NCBI RefSeq assembly: GCF_965215205.1
Contig: NZ_OZ244049.1
Location: forward strand, 2,436,955 to 2,500,954
Reading direction: 5' to 3'
DNA: 64,000 nt
From: Ilumatobacter sp.
Lineage (GTDB): Bacteria > Actinomycetota > Acidimicrobiia > Acidimicrobiales > Ilumatobacteraceae
The notes under the pieces are model-generated. The model searched no databases. It had not been told where the DNA came from and saw only the letters and a list, made by a program, of their open reading frames with translations. Below are positions 50,138 through 58,959 of this stretch, one piece after another. Both the position numbers and the translations under genes were made by a program. Every line of letters begins with the position of its first letter. Within the stretch, counting starts at the first letter, position 1.

Positions 50138-51388
50138 TCAGCGCGCCCGGTTGGCGACATCAAGGTGGCAGCGCTTGAACTTCTCACCCGATCCACAGGG
50201 GCATGGTTCGTTGCGGCCGACCGACGTCGGCGACACCATCCGTCCACGTTCCCGATCGAACATCCCATGCTCGCAGAGAATCGCCCAGCGAATCTCCGAG
50301 GGAACTGTGCTGCGATGGCCCGTGACGAGCACGCTGCTCTGGAGAACACTTCCATCCTCGGCCTGGACTCTCGCGATTCCCAGTGTCGGCCCCGGGACTG
50401 CAAAATGAAGCGCCAGTTCGTCGTGACGAACCGCGGTGAGCGCTGCCAGCCACGCCGCCACGTCCGACTCCGCATCGTCATAGTTCGTTGCCTGATCGGT
50501 GAGGAACACGATCGAGCCAACACCCGGCTCGACCCTCATCATGCCGCTCTTCCTCAACCCGGACTCTAGTGACTTCGACGCGACATCGATCAACTTCGCA
50601 CCAAACTCTACGCGGTGCAGCGGCGGGAGCGCATCCAGCACCTCGATGGCTAGGCGCTGATCGTCCGGGTCGCTCCAAGGGCCCTCGCCTGGCGCTTGAC
50701 CGCCGATTACTTCGATCCGCTCGTCAACAACGAGCGCGTGAATCAGGTCGCGATCACGGAGCGGCTCACCGGGCAACATCGGAAGGCTGGTCTTCGACCC
50801 AGGCGCTCCCGAATCGGCGTCTGCGAACCGGAAGTAGCGCTCGGACTCGTTGTCCAGGGTGACGTGGGTATTGGAACCAAGCACCCGCTCGACGTAGCTG
50901 ATGACTGCCGACGTCGATAGCAGCATGGAGTGCAATGCCTCCCAGTCTCGGCGAGAGATCACCAGAGTGTTGCTGTCCTCGGACTCTGGCCAGAACATCT
51001 CCGGCATCACGGGCATGTCGACGATGATCACCCCAGGCCACTCGCTCCCTCTTCCAGCCAGGGACTTCTCGTGGCCGCGCATCGACCTCACCACAACATC
51101 GCCATTTGAAGCCAGGGTCCGGCGCGTGCCAAAAACCTGTCGCTCCGCAGCTGCTATCTCCTTTGCAGCCCAACGAGCCGCGCGCTCCGGAGAGTCCTCG
51201 GCCGACGGCTGACGGGCCTTCGACTGCAAGATCAACCCTCGGTCGCCGGCGATCAACAAACCGTCGCTGACTTCGCGGGTCGCGCCGCCCTTCCCCACGA
51301 GTACGGGCTCGAACACGAAGTCAGGAACGCCAAGGCTGGCCGCCACTCGACGCACCGCTCTCTCAGACTGGATGCCCCAATCCGACAC
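50138..51388 (-). CDS. Putative NERD/PD-(D/E)xK-like nuclease domain + C-terminal SEC-C motif protein
   Basis: REVSDGLLIAGDRGLILQSK near the N-terminus; VGRNEPCPCGSGEKFKRCH at the C-terminus; GTG 7 nt after the integrase stop. Confidence 0.75.
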   Translation of the reverse strand: MSDWGIQSERAVRRVAASLGVPDFVFEPVLVGKGGATREVSDGLLIAGDRGLILQSKARQPSAEDSPERAARWAAKEIAAAERQVFGTRRTLASNGDVVVRSMRGHEKSLAGRGSEWPGVIIVDMPVMPEMFWPESEDSNTLVISRRDWEALHSMLLSTSAVISYVERVLGSNTHVTLDNESERYFRFADADSGAPGSKTSLPMLPGEPLRDRDLIHALVVDERIEVIGGQAPGEGPWSDPDDQRLAIEVLDALPPLHRVEFGAKLIDVASKSLESGLRKSGMMRVEPGVGSIVFLTDQATNYDDAESDVAAWLAALTAVRHDELALHFAVPGPTLGIARVQAEDGSVLQSSVLVTGHRSTVPSEIRWAILCEHGMFDRERGRMVSPTSVGRNEPCPCGSGEKFKRCHLDVANRAR

Positions 51389-51395
51389 GTCTAGG

Positions 51396-52520
51396 TCACC
51401 GTCGACCAATCCGCTCAACCACCGCCAGCTGACTGGTCGGGAGGGCATGCGCGTAGGTGTTCATGAGCATCTCGGGGCTGTGACCGAGGATGTCGGCGAT
51501 GGCTCGAAGCTCGCCCAGGTCCTTCGACTGCTGGACCATGTGCGTCGCCGCCGTGTGGCGCAGACCGTGTGAGGTCAGCCTCGGTAGCCCGGCTCGCTGG
51601 ACGAATCGTTCGAGCGCCCGGTCATACGACCTCGGCAACACGAGACCGCCCTGGCGGGTGGCGATGATCAGATCGTTGTCCACCCACTCGGCCCCGGCAG
51701 CCAACCGCTCAGCCGCCTGCTCGGCTCGACGGCGGGTCATTACTCGCAGCGTCTCGTCGACGAGCGGGATCGTCCGGCGTGACCGCTCGTTCTCTGCGTT
51801 GCTCCACGACGCACCGAAGCGGACGGCGACGAGGCTCTCGTGGATGCGGAGCGTGCCGGCCTCGTCGTCGAAGCCGTCCCACTTCAACGCCAGCAGCTCA
51901 CTTCGTCGCAGTCCGTAGAGAACGTTCAGCCTGAAGGCGATCGCCCAGCGATGCCACGACGTCGCTTCGAGGAACGCTTCGACCTCGTCGACGGTCCACG
52001 TCTCGGTCTCCTTCTCACGAACCGGCTTCGCCACCGTCCGGGGCAAGCCGACCCGAGCCGCTGGGCTTCGAGGGATCAATCCCTCGTCGACGGCCTCGGT
52101 CAACGCAGCGCGCAGAACCGTCCGGCAGATCTGGACCGATCGTCTAGACAGCTTGCCGCCGTTCGCCAGCGCCTCGATCCAACCGGCTACGTCATCACGG
52201 TCGAGCATCGACAGCTCGATCGCACCGAGTCCAGCCTCGATGTGCGGGATCGCCCAGGCGTACTGCTCTTGCGCCTTCGGGGTGATGCCGGTCCGGCCGG
52301 CGACGTAGCGCCGCACGAGCCAGCTCACCGTCCCCGTCGCGACGGCCACGTCCTCGGCGCGCATCTGCCGAGCGGCCGCGTTCGCCGACCGCTGGGACTG
52401 GAACGTGCCGAGCCGTTTTGGTTTGTGCTTGCCCGTGACGGTGTCGATCCCGCCGACGCGCACGACGTACTTCCCGCGCTGCTTGCGGACCGTCGGTCGA
52501 CCGGTTGCCTTCCACGCCAT
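51396..52520 (-). CDS. Tyrosine recombinase/integrase
   Basis: YGLRRSELLALKW, HGLRHT, LGHS, TYAH; catalytic R-H-R-H-Y set present; adjacent to the tRNA att site. Confidence 0.94.
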   Translation of the reverse strand: MAWKATGRPTVRKQRGKYVVRVGGIDTVTGKHKPKRLGTFQSQRSANAAARQMRAEDVAVATGTVSWLVRRYVAGRTGITPKAQEQYAWAIPHIEAGLGAIELSMLDRDDVAGWIEALANGGKLSRRSVQICRTVLRAALTEAVDEGLIPRSPAARVGLPRTVAKPVREKETETWTVDEVEAFLEATSWHRWAIAFRLNVLYGLRRSELLALKWDGFDDEAGTLRIHESLVAVRFGASWSNAENERSRRTIPLVDETLRVMTRRRAEQAAERLAAGAEWVDNDLIIATRQGGLVLPRSYDRALERFVQRAGLPRLTSHGLRHTAATHMVQQSKDLGELRAIADILGHSPEMLMNTYAHALPTSQLAVVERIGRR

Positions 52521-52618
52521 CGGCGCTCTCCTCGATGCTCAGCCGCCCCCGGACTGATACATCGGTGATGCAACAGCGTGTCAACCCGGTCGCCGAGCTG
52601 GAAAACACCAACTCAACG

Positions 52619-52696
52619 TGGTCGGGGTGGGGAGATTCGAACTCCCGGCCTCCTGCTCCCAAAGCAGGCGCGCTAACCAAGCTGCGCTACACCCCG
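52619..52696 (-). tRNA. tRNA-Pro(TGG)
   Basis: CGGGGTGTAGCGCAGCTTGGTTAGCGCGCCTGCTT-TGG-GAGCAGGAGGCCGGGAGTTCGAATCTCCCCACCCCGACCA; cloverleaf with encoded CCA. Confidence 0.97.
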
Positions 52697-52750
52697 TGCG
52701 CGCTCAACCTACCGGCGACGACGTCATGGGATGGGGAGCGGGCGAACGCT

Positions 52751-52779
52751 CGCGACATCGCACGTCGTGCGATGTCGCG
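52751..52779. terminator. Perfect 13-bp hairpin after the secreted hydrolase gene
   Basis: cgcgacatcgcac-gtc-gtgcgatgtcgcg. Confidence 0.65.
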
Positions 52780-52799
52780 GGCGCTCGAGTCGGTGTCGA

Positions 52800-54176
52800 T
52801 CAGGGCGTGGGGCAGGGCTCCAGGAACCGGCGCAAGCCGCTCCCGCCCGTGCCGGTGGTGAAGTCGCACCCGAGCGTCGGCGACGAGATGTCACCGATCA
52901 GGTCCTCCCCGTCGGGGCGCTCACCGGTCTCGACCCAGGTGAACAGGTCGGTGTACGACTCGATCCACTCCTCACCGGTGAACGAGCAGTGCCCGATGTC
53001 GCGGATCGCCCGGGTGACGAGCAGGTCCTCGAGACCGTTGTCGCGCACCTCCCGGGTGTAGATCTGCGCCATCTCGATCGGCACGAACAGGTCGCCCGTC
53101 GTGTGGATCACGAGCACCGGGACCGACGGGGTGCCGTCGATGATCGGCGCCGGCTTCAGACCGTTGGACTTGCGGATGCGGTTCGAGCCGTCGATCCGCT
53201 TGACGACGTCGTCGATCGCGAAGCCGTACTCGGCGGCGTAGCTGGTGTCGGTGTTCTGCGACGCGATCCCGGGACGGTTGGCGATCGTGCCGTCACCCTC
53301 GCCGAGGGCGAAGAAGAAGTCACCGGTCGGGCTGGCGAGGCCGTGCCAGAAGTTCCAGGCGACGTCGTAGGTCACGCGGTCGCCTCCGGACCCCTCCTCG
53401 ACGAAGTCCTTGAACTCCTGACCGTCGGCCGTCAGCGGGGACGGAGCGCCGAGGATCTGCGGGAACCCACCCGCCCACGCCCCACCCGGGACGGTCGACA
53501 GCTCGGCCTTGATCTCGGGCACGGTGGTCGCCAGCCAGTCCTCGTCGGGGTACTCGTAGTCGGGGGCGAGGCCTGCGATCGCCGCGGAGCCGACGTTGTA
53601 GTCGAGGAAGTAGTCGAACAGCTCGACGTCGCCGAGCACGCCGCAGGCCGGCAGGGCGCCGTCCCACAGGTTCGGGTACTTCTCGATCGCGGCCGCCGTG
53701 ACGTGGCCACCCATCGACACCCCCGCGAGGTAGGTCTCGTCGAGCTCGCCCTCGCTGCGCAGGGTGCGCTCCATGAACCTGGTGAGGTTCTTCGTGTCGA
53801 GCACGCCGATCCCCGGGTCGTAGCTGTTGCGCCGGTAGCTCGAGGCCGCCCACGCGTAACCCTCCTCGGACAGGAACTCGTACTGCGGCGGCGCGTCGAC
53901 CGTGAGCTCGGGGCCCTCGCCGCGGTACCCGTGCGCCCAGATCAGCAGATCGCCGTTCCAGTCGTCGGGGACGTGGGCGATGTAGGCGGCACCGGCGATC
54001 TCACCGGAGAACGTGTCGCCGTCGGTGGCGGCCTCGACCTCGGCGACCTCGTCGGCCACCTGCTCGGCGTCGATCTCGTAGGTCGGGCCCTTCTTCGCCG
54101 ACGCCGTGAGCGGGGCGATCCCGAGCGCGAGCGATGCGGCGCCGAGAGCGCAGATGTACGGGGTGCGTCGGAGCAT
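52800..54176 (-). CDS. Secreted alpha/beta hydrolase (tannase/esterase-like)
   Basis: Signal peptide MLRRTPYICALGAASLALGIAPLTASA; LLIWAHGY, GVSMGG nucleophile elbow, TGDLFVP, GHC. Confidence 0.75.
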   Translation of the reverse strand: MLRRTPYICALGAASLALGIAPLTASAKKGPTYEIDAEQVADEVAEVEAATDGDTFSGEIAGAAYIAHVPDDWNGDLLIWAHGYRGEGPELTVDAPPQYEFLSEEGYAWAASSYRRNSYDPGIGVLDTKNLTRFMERTLRSEGELDETYLAGVSMGGHVTAAAIEKYPNLWDGALPACGVLGDVELFDYFLDYNVGSAAIAGLAPDYEYPDEDWLATTVPEIKAELSTVPGGAWAGGFPQILGAPSPLTADGQEFKDFVEEGSGGDRVTYDVAWNFWHGLASPTGDFFFALGEGDGTIANRPGIASQNTDTSYAAEYGFAIDDVVKRIDGSNRIRKSNGLKPAPIIDGTPSVPVLVIHTTGDLFVPIEMAQIYTREVRDNGLEDLLVTRAIRDIGHCSFTGEEWIESYTDLFTWVETGERPDGEDLIGDISSPTLGCDFTTGTGGSGLRRFLEPCPTP

Positions 54177-54292
54177 GTGTGTCCTCTCGTCAGCCGGCCT
54201 CGTCGCCGGTCCGGTGGTCGAAGCTAGACGTGTCGTACGACACACGCCAATCGGGCCCCGCTCGTCGCGGAGGTTCCGAGCGGTCCGCGCGC

Positions 54293-54787
54293 TCAGAGCG
54301 CGATCGGACCGCCGGTGGTGGGTGGTTCGGTCCAGCGACGGGTCGCGACGGGGAGCTCGGCGGCCGCGTAGGCGTGCATGAGCTGGACGACGTGGAGATC
54401 GCCTCGCCCGTCGACGCGATCCCGGTCGGTGATCGCCGCGATCACGTCGAGGTGGGCGCGCCGGAACACGGCATCGTGGCCGTGCGCGACCCCGGCGAGC
54501 GCGTGGGCGAGCTCGTGGGCGGCGGTCGCCAGCGTCGCTTGCGGACCGGCGATGCGGATCTCGCTGGCGTCTCCGACGATCCCGGTGCACCGGGTCACCG
54601 AGGATCGAGCGTCCCGGCGCGCGGCGGCGACCGAGACCGCCGGGCGCGGCCACCACGACGAGGCGACGACCTCACCGATCGCCGCCGCCACGGATTCGAC
54701 GCCGACGACCTCCTCGAGGTCGGTCCCGTCGAAGGCCGCGAGCTCGGCGGCGTAGACCTGCGCCCGGTCGGCGTCGACCGCCGTCAC
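54293..54787 (-). CDS. HExxH metallohydrolase (TIGR04338-like)
   Basis: AQVYAAE, HELAHAL, HDAVF; GTG overlaps the upstream stop (GTGA). Confidence 0.7.
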   Translation of the reverse strand: MTAVDADRAQVYAAELAAFDGTDLEEVVGVESVAAAIGEVVASSWWPRPAVSVAAARRDARSSVTRCTGIVGDASEIRIAGPQATLATAAHELAHALAGVAHGHDAVFRRAHLDVIAAITDRDRVDGRGDLHVVQLMHAYAAAELPVATRRWTEPPTTGGPIAL

Positions 54788-55539
54788 TCCCCCGCCCCCA
54801 GCTCGCGGTGCCCACGCAGCCGGCGTCGGCCGACGTCGGCCCGATCGGCTGCGCTCTTGCCGCGCCGGTAGCCGTCGGCGGTGACGGCGGTCGGGCGAGA
54901 CGCGGCGCGCACGCGCCCCCACTCGCGCTCGGCGAACTCGTCGACGCGCGCACGCCGCTCGCGCAGCGCGACGGTCGTCGGCGACTCGTCGTCGCCGTGG
55001 CGGCCCCGGCGCGCGTGCGGCGCCGCCGCGGAGTCCTCGATCGTGGTCCGCGCATCGCGCAGCAGCTCGCCGATCCGGTCGGCGAAGCCGAACAGGAAGG
55101 CCCGCCGGTCGCGCTGGGTCGCGGCACCGGTCGAGCGCTTGATCTCGGCCATCTGGCCGGCCACCTGCGCGTGGAGGGATGCGTACATGACCTCGACCAC
55201 GTCGAGATCGTCGCGGTGGCCGGCGAGCATCGCGACCGCGCCGACCGGGGTCGAGCGGAACACGGTGCGCACGTCGTGGGCGTCGGCGACGTCGTGCAGC
55301 AGGGCGAGGCGGCCGCGGACGTAGGCGCCACGACCGACCTCGATCTCGATGAGCTCGAGCTCACCGAATCGGCGAGCGGTGAGGCGATCGGGGTCGATGC
55401 GGTGGCGGGCGACGAGCTCGGCGGCCTTGCGTGCGAACACGTCGGCCTCGTGCTGGTTGTCGGTCCGCGCCGACTTGTCGAGGAGCTTGCGCACCCGCTC
55501 GACCAGCGAGCTGTCGGCATCTGGCAGTGGTGGAGTCAA
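54784..55539 (-). CDS. DUF2786-domain protein
   Basis: LVERVRKLLDKSARTDNQHEADVFARKAAELVARHRID; RRAFLFGFADRI; start approximate (TTG 55539). Confidence 0.75.
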   Translation of the reverse strand: MTPPLPDADSSLVERVRKLLDKSARTDNQHEADVFARKAAELVARHRIDPDRLTARRFGELELIEIEVGRGAYVRGRLALLHDVADAHDVRTVFRSTPVGAVAMLAGHRDDLDVVEVMYASLHAQVAGQMAEIKRSTGAATQRDRRAFLFGFADRIGELLRDARTTIEDSAAAPHARRGRHGDDESPTTVALRERRARVDEFAEREWGRVRAASRPTAVTADGYRRGKSAADRADVGRRRLRGHRELGAGE

Positions 55540-55605
55540 TGGGTGGAGCTGGCGAGCGTGGTGGTGGGGGGTCGGTAGCGTACGAGCCAGCGAGGAAGGA
55601 CCACC

Positions 55606-56277
55606 ATGGCGGATTCGGTGTCGGGGGACGATGTGACGAGCGGAGACGTCGCGACGGCGATGACCGGCGACGAGACCGGCGCGCCGAGCGTCGAGGAGAC
55701 GTCCGACGGGCGCACGATGCGCCGCCGACGCAACCGCGACGCGGTCATCGCGGCGTTGATCGACCTGATCATCGAGGGCGATCTCAACCCGACGGTGGCG
55801 GCGATCGCCGATCGCGCCGAGGTGTCGCACCGGTCGATCTTCCGCTACTTCGACGACCTCGACGATCTCGCCGTGACGGCGATCCAGACGGCGTTCCGCA
55901 ACTTCGCCCCGTCGCTGGCGATGGAGGACCCCGGGGAGGGGACGCTCGACGAGCGCATCGACCGCTTCGTCGTCAACCAGCTCGCGACGGTGCAGCGGAC
56001 CCGATCGCTGGGGCGCGTCGCCCGGGCCCGCTCGCTCACGATCCCCGAGATCGACCGGGCGCTGTCGCTGGTGTGCGACTTCCGTCGTGATCAGGTGCGC
56101 AGCCACTTCGCTCCCGAGTTCGACCAGATGACCGACGACGTCGCCGAGGCCACGGCGTGCTCGATCGTGGTGCTGATGGGTTTCGACGGCTACGACATGA
56201 CCCGTCGCCACCTCGGTCACTCCGACGACGAGGTCACGGCGATCTGGACGACCACGCTGCGGTCGCTGCTCAGCTGA
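55606..56277 (+). CDS. TetR-family transcriptional regulator
   Basis: PTVAAIADRAEVSHRSIFRYFDD HTH; AGGA RBS. Confidence 0.88.
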   Translation: MADSVSGDDVTSGDVATAMTGDETGAPSVEETSDGRTMRRRRNRDAVIAALIDLIIEGDLNPTVAAIADRAEVSHRSIFRYFDDLDDLAVTAIQTAFRNFAPSLAMEDPGEGTLDERIDRFVVNQLATVQRTRSLGRVARARSLTIPEIDRALSLVCDFRRDQVRSHFAPEFDQMTDDVAEATACSIVVLMGFDGYDMTRRHLGHSDDEVTAIWTTTLRSLLS

Positions 56278-56322
56278 TCCGGGTCGGTCCGAGCCCGGGC
56301 CCCGCTAGCCTCGCCCCAACTG

Positions 56323-56397
<75 letters not shown>

Positions 56398-56638
56398 CGC
56401 TCCGAACGAGCGAACCACTGGTCAGACCGCTTCTCTCGCCCGCTCGACCGTGCCATCGCTCGACCGCTCGTGACCGGCGTCTCCAGTACCTCGTCGCACG
56501 GATGTCGCACGAAGCAGGCGACGGCACGGCCATCGTCGACACCGGCGACCGTGCTGGTCGTGGCTCGTCGCGACGGTACCGTCCACAGCCCGTGACCGTG
56601 CAGCGGCGCTCGGCCTCGATCGAGCAGCCCGTCGGTCC

Positions 56639-56667
56639 TTGACCCACCCGGTCTCAAGCTCTACTTT
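56639..56667 (+). promoter_or_regulatory. Sigma70-type promoter upstream of the M23 peptidase
   Basis: TTGACC-N17-TACTTT. Confidence 0.6.
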
Positions 56668-56721
56668 AGGTCGAGCGGCCCGAGCAGCTCGAGCCGATGG
56701 TCACGATGGCGGAGACGACCC

Positions 56722-57858
56722 ATGAGAACGACACCGACGACCACACCCGTGAGCCGGACGATCGGCCGGTCTCCCCTTCGTGCATCCGTCCGACGGCGGG
56801 CGGCCGTCGTCCTCGCTGCCGTTGCGATCGTCGCGACGACGCAGGCGGCGCCGACCGTCGCGGCCCCCGCCACGCCACGCACATCGCAGTTCGCAGCCGA
56901 CGACCTCGCGGAGGGCTCGATCGGTCCGCGGGTGGTGCAGCTGCAACAGGCCTTGATCGAGGGCGGCGCCTACCTGCCCGGCGGCGCCGACGGGGTGTTC
57001 GGTCCGGCGACGACGAGCGCGATCGAGAGCTTCCAGACGTGGAACGCCCTGCCACGGACCGGCTCGCTCGATGCGACGACGGTCCGTCGCCTCGGGCTCT
57101 CGTCGAACGACACGAGCTCGACGTCGCGATCCCCGTACGCCGAGCTGGCACCGGGGTCACGGGGTCGACTGGTGGTCGACGTGCAGCACGCCCTTCTCGC
57201 CACCGGCCTCGTCATCCACGGAGGCGCCGACGGGGTGTTCGGGCCGGCGACGCGACGGGCGCTGAAGGCGTTCCAGCGCGTGAACGGGATGTCGGAGACC
57301 GGGGAGATGTCCGAGCGCGCCGCCCGGCTGCTCGACCCCGCCGCCGCGACGGGATCGCCGGACCGCGATCAGCGGGCGTCGTCACGGTCGACGAACGCTC
57401 CGACGTGGACCCACCTCGAGCGGTTCCCCGTGCAGGGGACCTGCGCGTACGGCGACACCTGGCACGCGCCCCGATCGGACGGGCGCGTCCACGAGGGGAT
57501 CGACTTCATCGCGGCGACCGGCAACCTGCTCTACGCCGTCTCCGACGGCACGATCACCACCCAGTACCTCGACGGCGTCCACCAGCTGTCCGGCAACGGC
57601 CTCATCCTGACGGCCGATGACGGCACCTACTTCGTGTACCTGCACCTGTCGGCGTTCGCGCCGGGCGTCACGCTGGGCTCGGAGGTCGAGACCGGCGACG
57701 TGATCGGCTACGTCGGCGACACCGGCAGCAGCGCCACCCCGCACCTGCACTTCGAGATCCACCCCGGTGGCGGCGCGGCGATCAACCCCTACCCGTACGT
57801 GCGGGCGATCGACGCCTGCGACGACACGCGGGCCCGGCACCCGTCGCCGTCCGGCTGA
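56722..57858 (+). CDS. Secreted M23 peptidase with two peptidoglycan-binding domains
   Basis: Signal peptide; two PG_binding_1-like repeats (LQQAL...DGVFGPAT); HEGIDF, YLHL, TGSSATPHLHFEI; start uncertain. Confidence 0.88.
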   Translation: MRTTPTTTPVSRTIGRSPLRASVRRRAAVVLAAVAIVATTQAAPTVAAPATPRTSQFAADDLAEGSIGPRVVQLQQALIEGGAYLPGGADGVFGPATTSAIESFQTWNALPRTGSLDATTVRRLGLSSNDTSSTSRSPYAELAPGSRGRLVVDVQHALLATGLVIHGGADGVFGPATRRALKAFQRVNGMSETGEMSERAARLLDPAAATGSPDRDQRASSRSTNAPTWTHLERFPVQGTCAYGDTWHAPRSDGRVHEGIDFIAATGNLLYAVSDGTITTQYLDGVHQLSGNGLILTADDGTYFVYLHLSAFAPGVTLGSEVETGDVIGYVGDTGSSATPHLHFEIHPGGGAAINPYPYVRAIDACDDTRARHPSPSG

Positions 57859-57974
57859 CACGACGTCGAGGGATCGGCGGTCGAGGCCACGCCTCGCCGG
57901 TTCGGCTCCGCCGTCGTCGGAGGGTAGCGAGCGAGGCCGTCTCGCCGTCCAGAAGACCCGTCTGGCCCGTGCCG

Positions 57975-58766
57975 TCACACGATGTTGAGCGCGTCGAGGA
58001 AGGTCGCCGCCATCGCCTCGTCGCCGGTCACGGTGCACGACTCGCGCCAGGGGGTGCGGACGGTGCCCCACAGGACGAAGTCGTGCGCGCTCGACGTCAC
58101 GGTCGCGTCAGCGTCGCCGTCCGGCGCCTCGACCACGATGTCGTCACCGCCGCGCACCAGATCCCAGGCGCCGCCTCCCGGGCCGGTGAGCTCGAGTCGC
58201 AGACGGCCGCTGAGCTGATCCACGAGCCCGGGCTGCATCTGCGGCAGCCCCGTGAGCATCCACCCGACCGCGGGTCCGAGCTGGTCGTCGTCCGTCGGCG
58301 GGAGCTCGCGGCGGATCGGACCGTCCGGCGCGAGCAGGTCGATCCGGAGGTGGCAGTAGTGATCGAACGCGTACGCGTCCGCCAGCTGGTTCATCGGGTA
58401 CGAACCGAGGTCGGCGAGCGCGATGACGGTCGACGCCGCCGGCTCCTCCTGCAGCGCGCCCATCGCGGCGAGCGCACCGTCGCAGTACTCGAGGTACTCG
58501 TCGCGGACCTGCTCGTTCGTCCAGTCGGTGCGAGGCGCGACGAGCAGGTCCATCATCCGCTCGGCCGGGAGGTCGACGGGCTCGGCCGGTGGGTCCGACG
58601 GCTCGACGACCTCCTTGTAGTTCGAGCTCATGTGCGCGACGAGGTCCTTCACGGTCCATCCGTCGCACCCGCTCCGCATCGCCCACTCCTCGGGCGTGAG
58701 CGAGGTGATGACCTGCTTGACCTCGTCGACGCTGCGGGTCAACGACTCGAGTGCTGGGCGTGACAT
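57975..58766 (-). CDS. Maleylpyruvate isomerase-family mycothiol-dependent enzyme (TIGR03083-like)
   Basis: RSGCDGWTVKDLVAHM, FDHYCHLRID, SCP2-like C-terminus. Confidence 0.8.
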   Translation of the reverse strand: MSRPALESLTRSVDEVKQVITSLTPEEWAMRSGCDGWTVKDLVAHMSSNYKEVVEPSDPPAEPVDLPAERMMDLLVAPRTDWTNEQVRDEYLEYCDGALAAMGALQEEPAASTVIALADLGSYPMNQLADAYAFDHYCHLRIDLLAPDGPIRRELPPTDDDQLGPAVGWMLTGLPQMQPGLVDQLSGRLRLELTGPGGGAWDLVRGGDDIVVEAPDGDADATVTSSAHDFVLWGTVRTPWRESCTVTGDEAMAATFLDALNIV

Positions 58767-58959
58767 GGGCACCTCTTCCTCGATCGGCACGTGGCGGCCG
58801 ACGGATCGCGCCGGCGACCCACCGGCCCCGACGGTACGCGCGACGACCGCTGCGATCCCGGGTCGGACGGTCCTCGCGCAGGACGGACCTCGCGGCTCGC
58901 GTGCTCGTTCGTCGACGGCCCGGCCCGGCCCGATCGTCCGCGCCGACGCCGGATCCGCC

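Larger units (their letters stand above)
45803..52663. mobile_element. tRNA-Pro-integrated genomic islet (about 6.8 kb)
   Basis: 47-bp flanking direct repeats, tyrosine integrase next to the tRNA, visibly lower GC than the flanks. Confidence 0.92.

Noticed and set aside
56398-56720. Possible c-di-AMP riboswitch before the M23 peptidase, or an att duplication of tRNA-Gly
   Set aside because: No ydaO consensus elements are visible, and no second copy of the tRNA-Gly 3' end was seen in the window.
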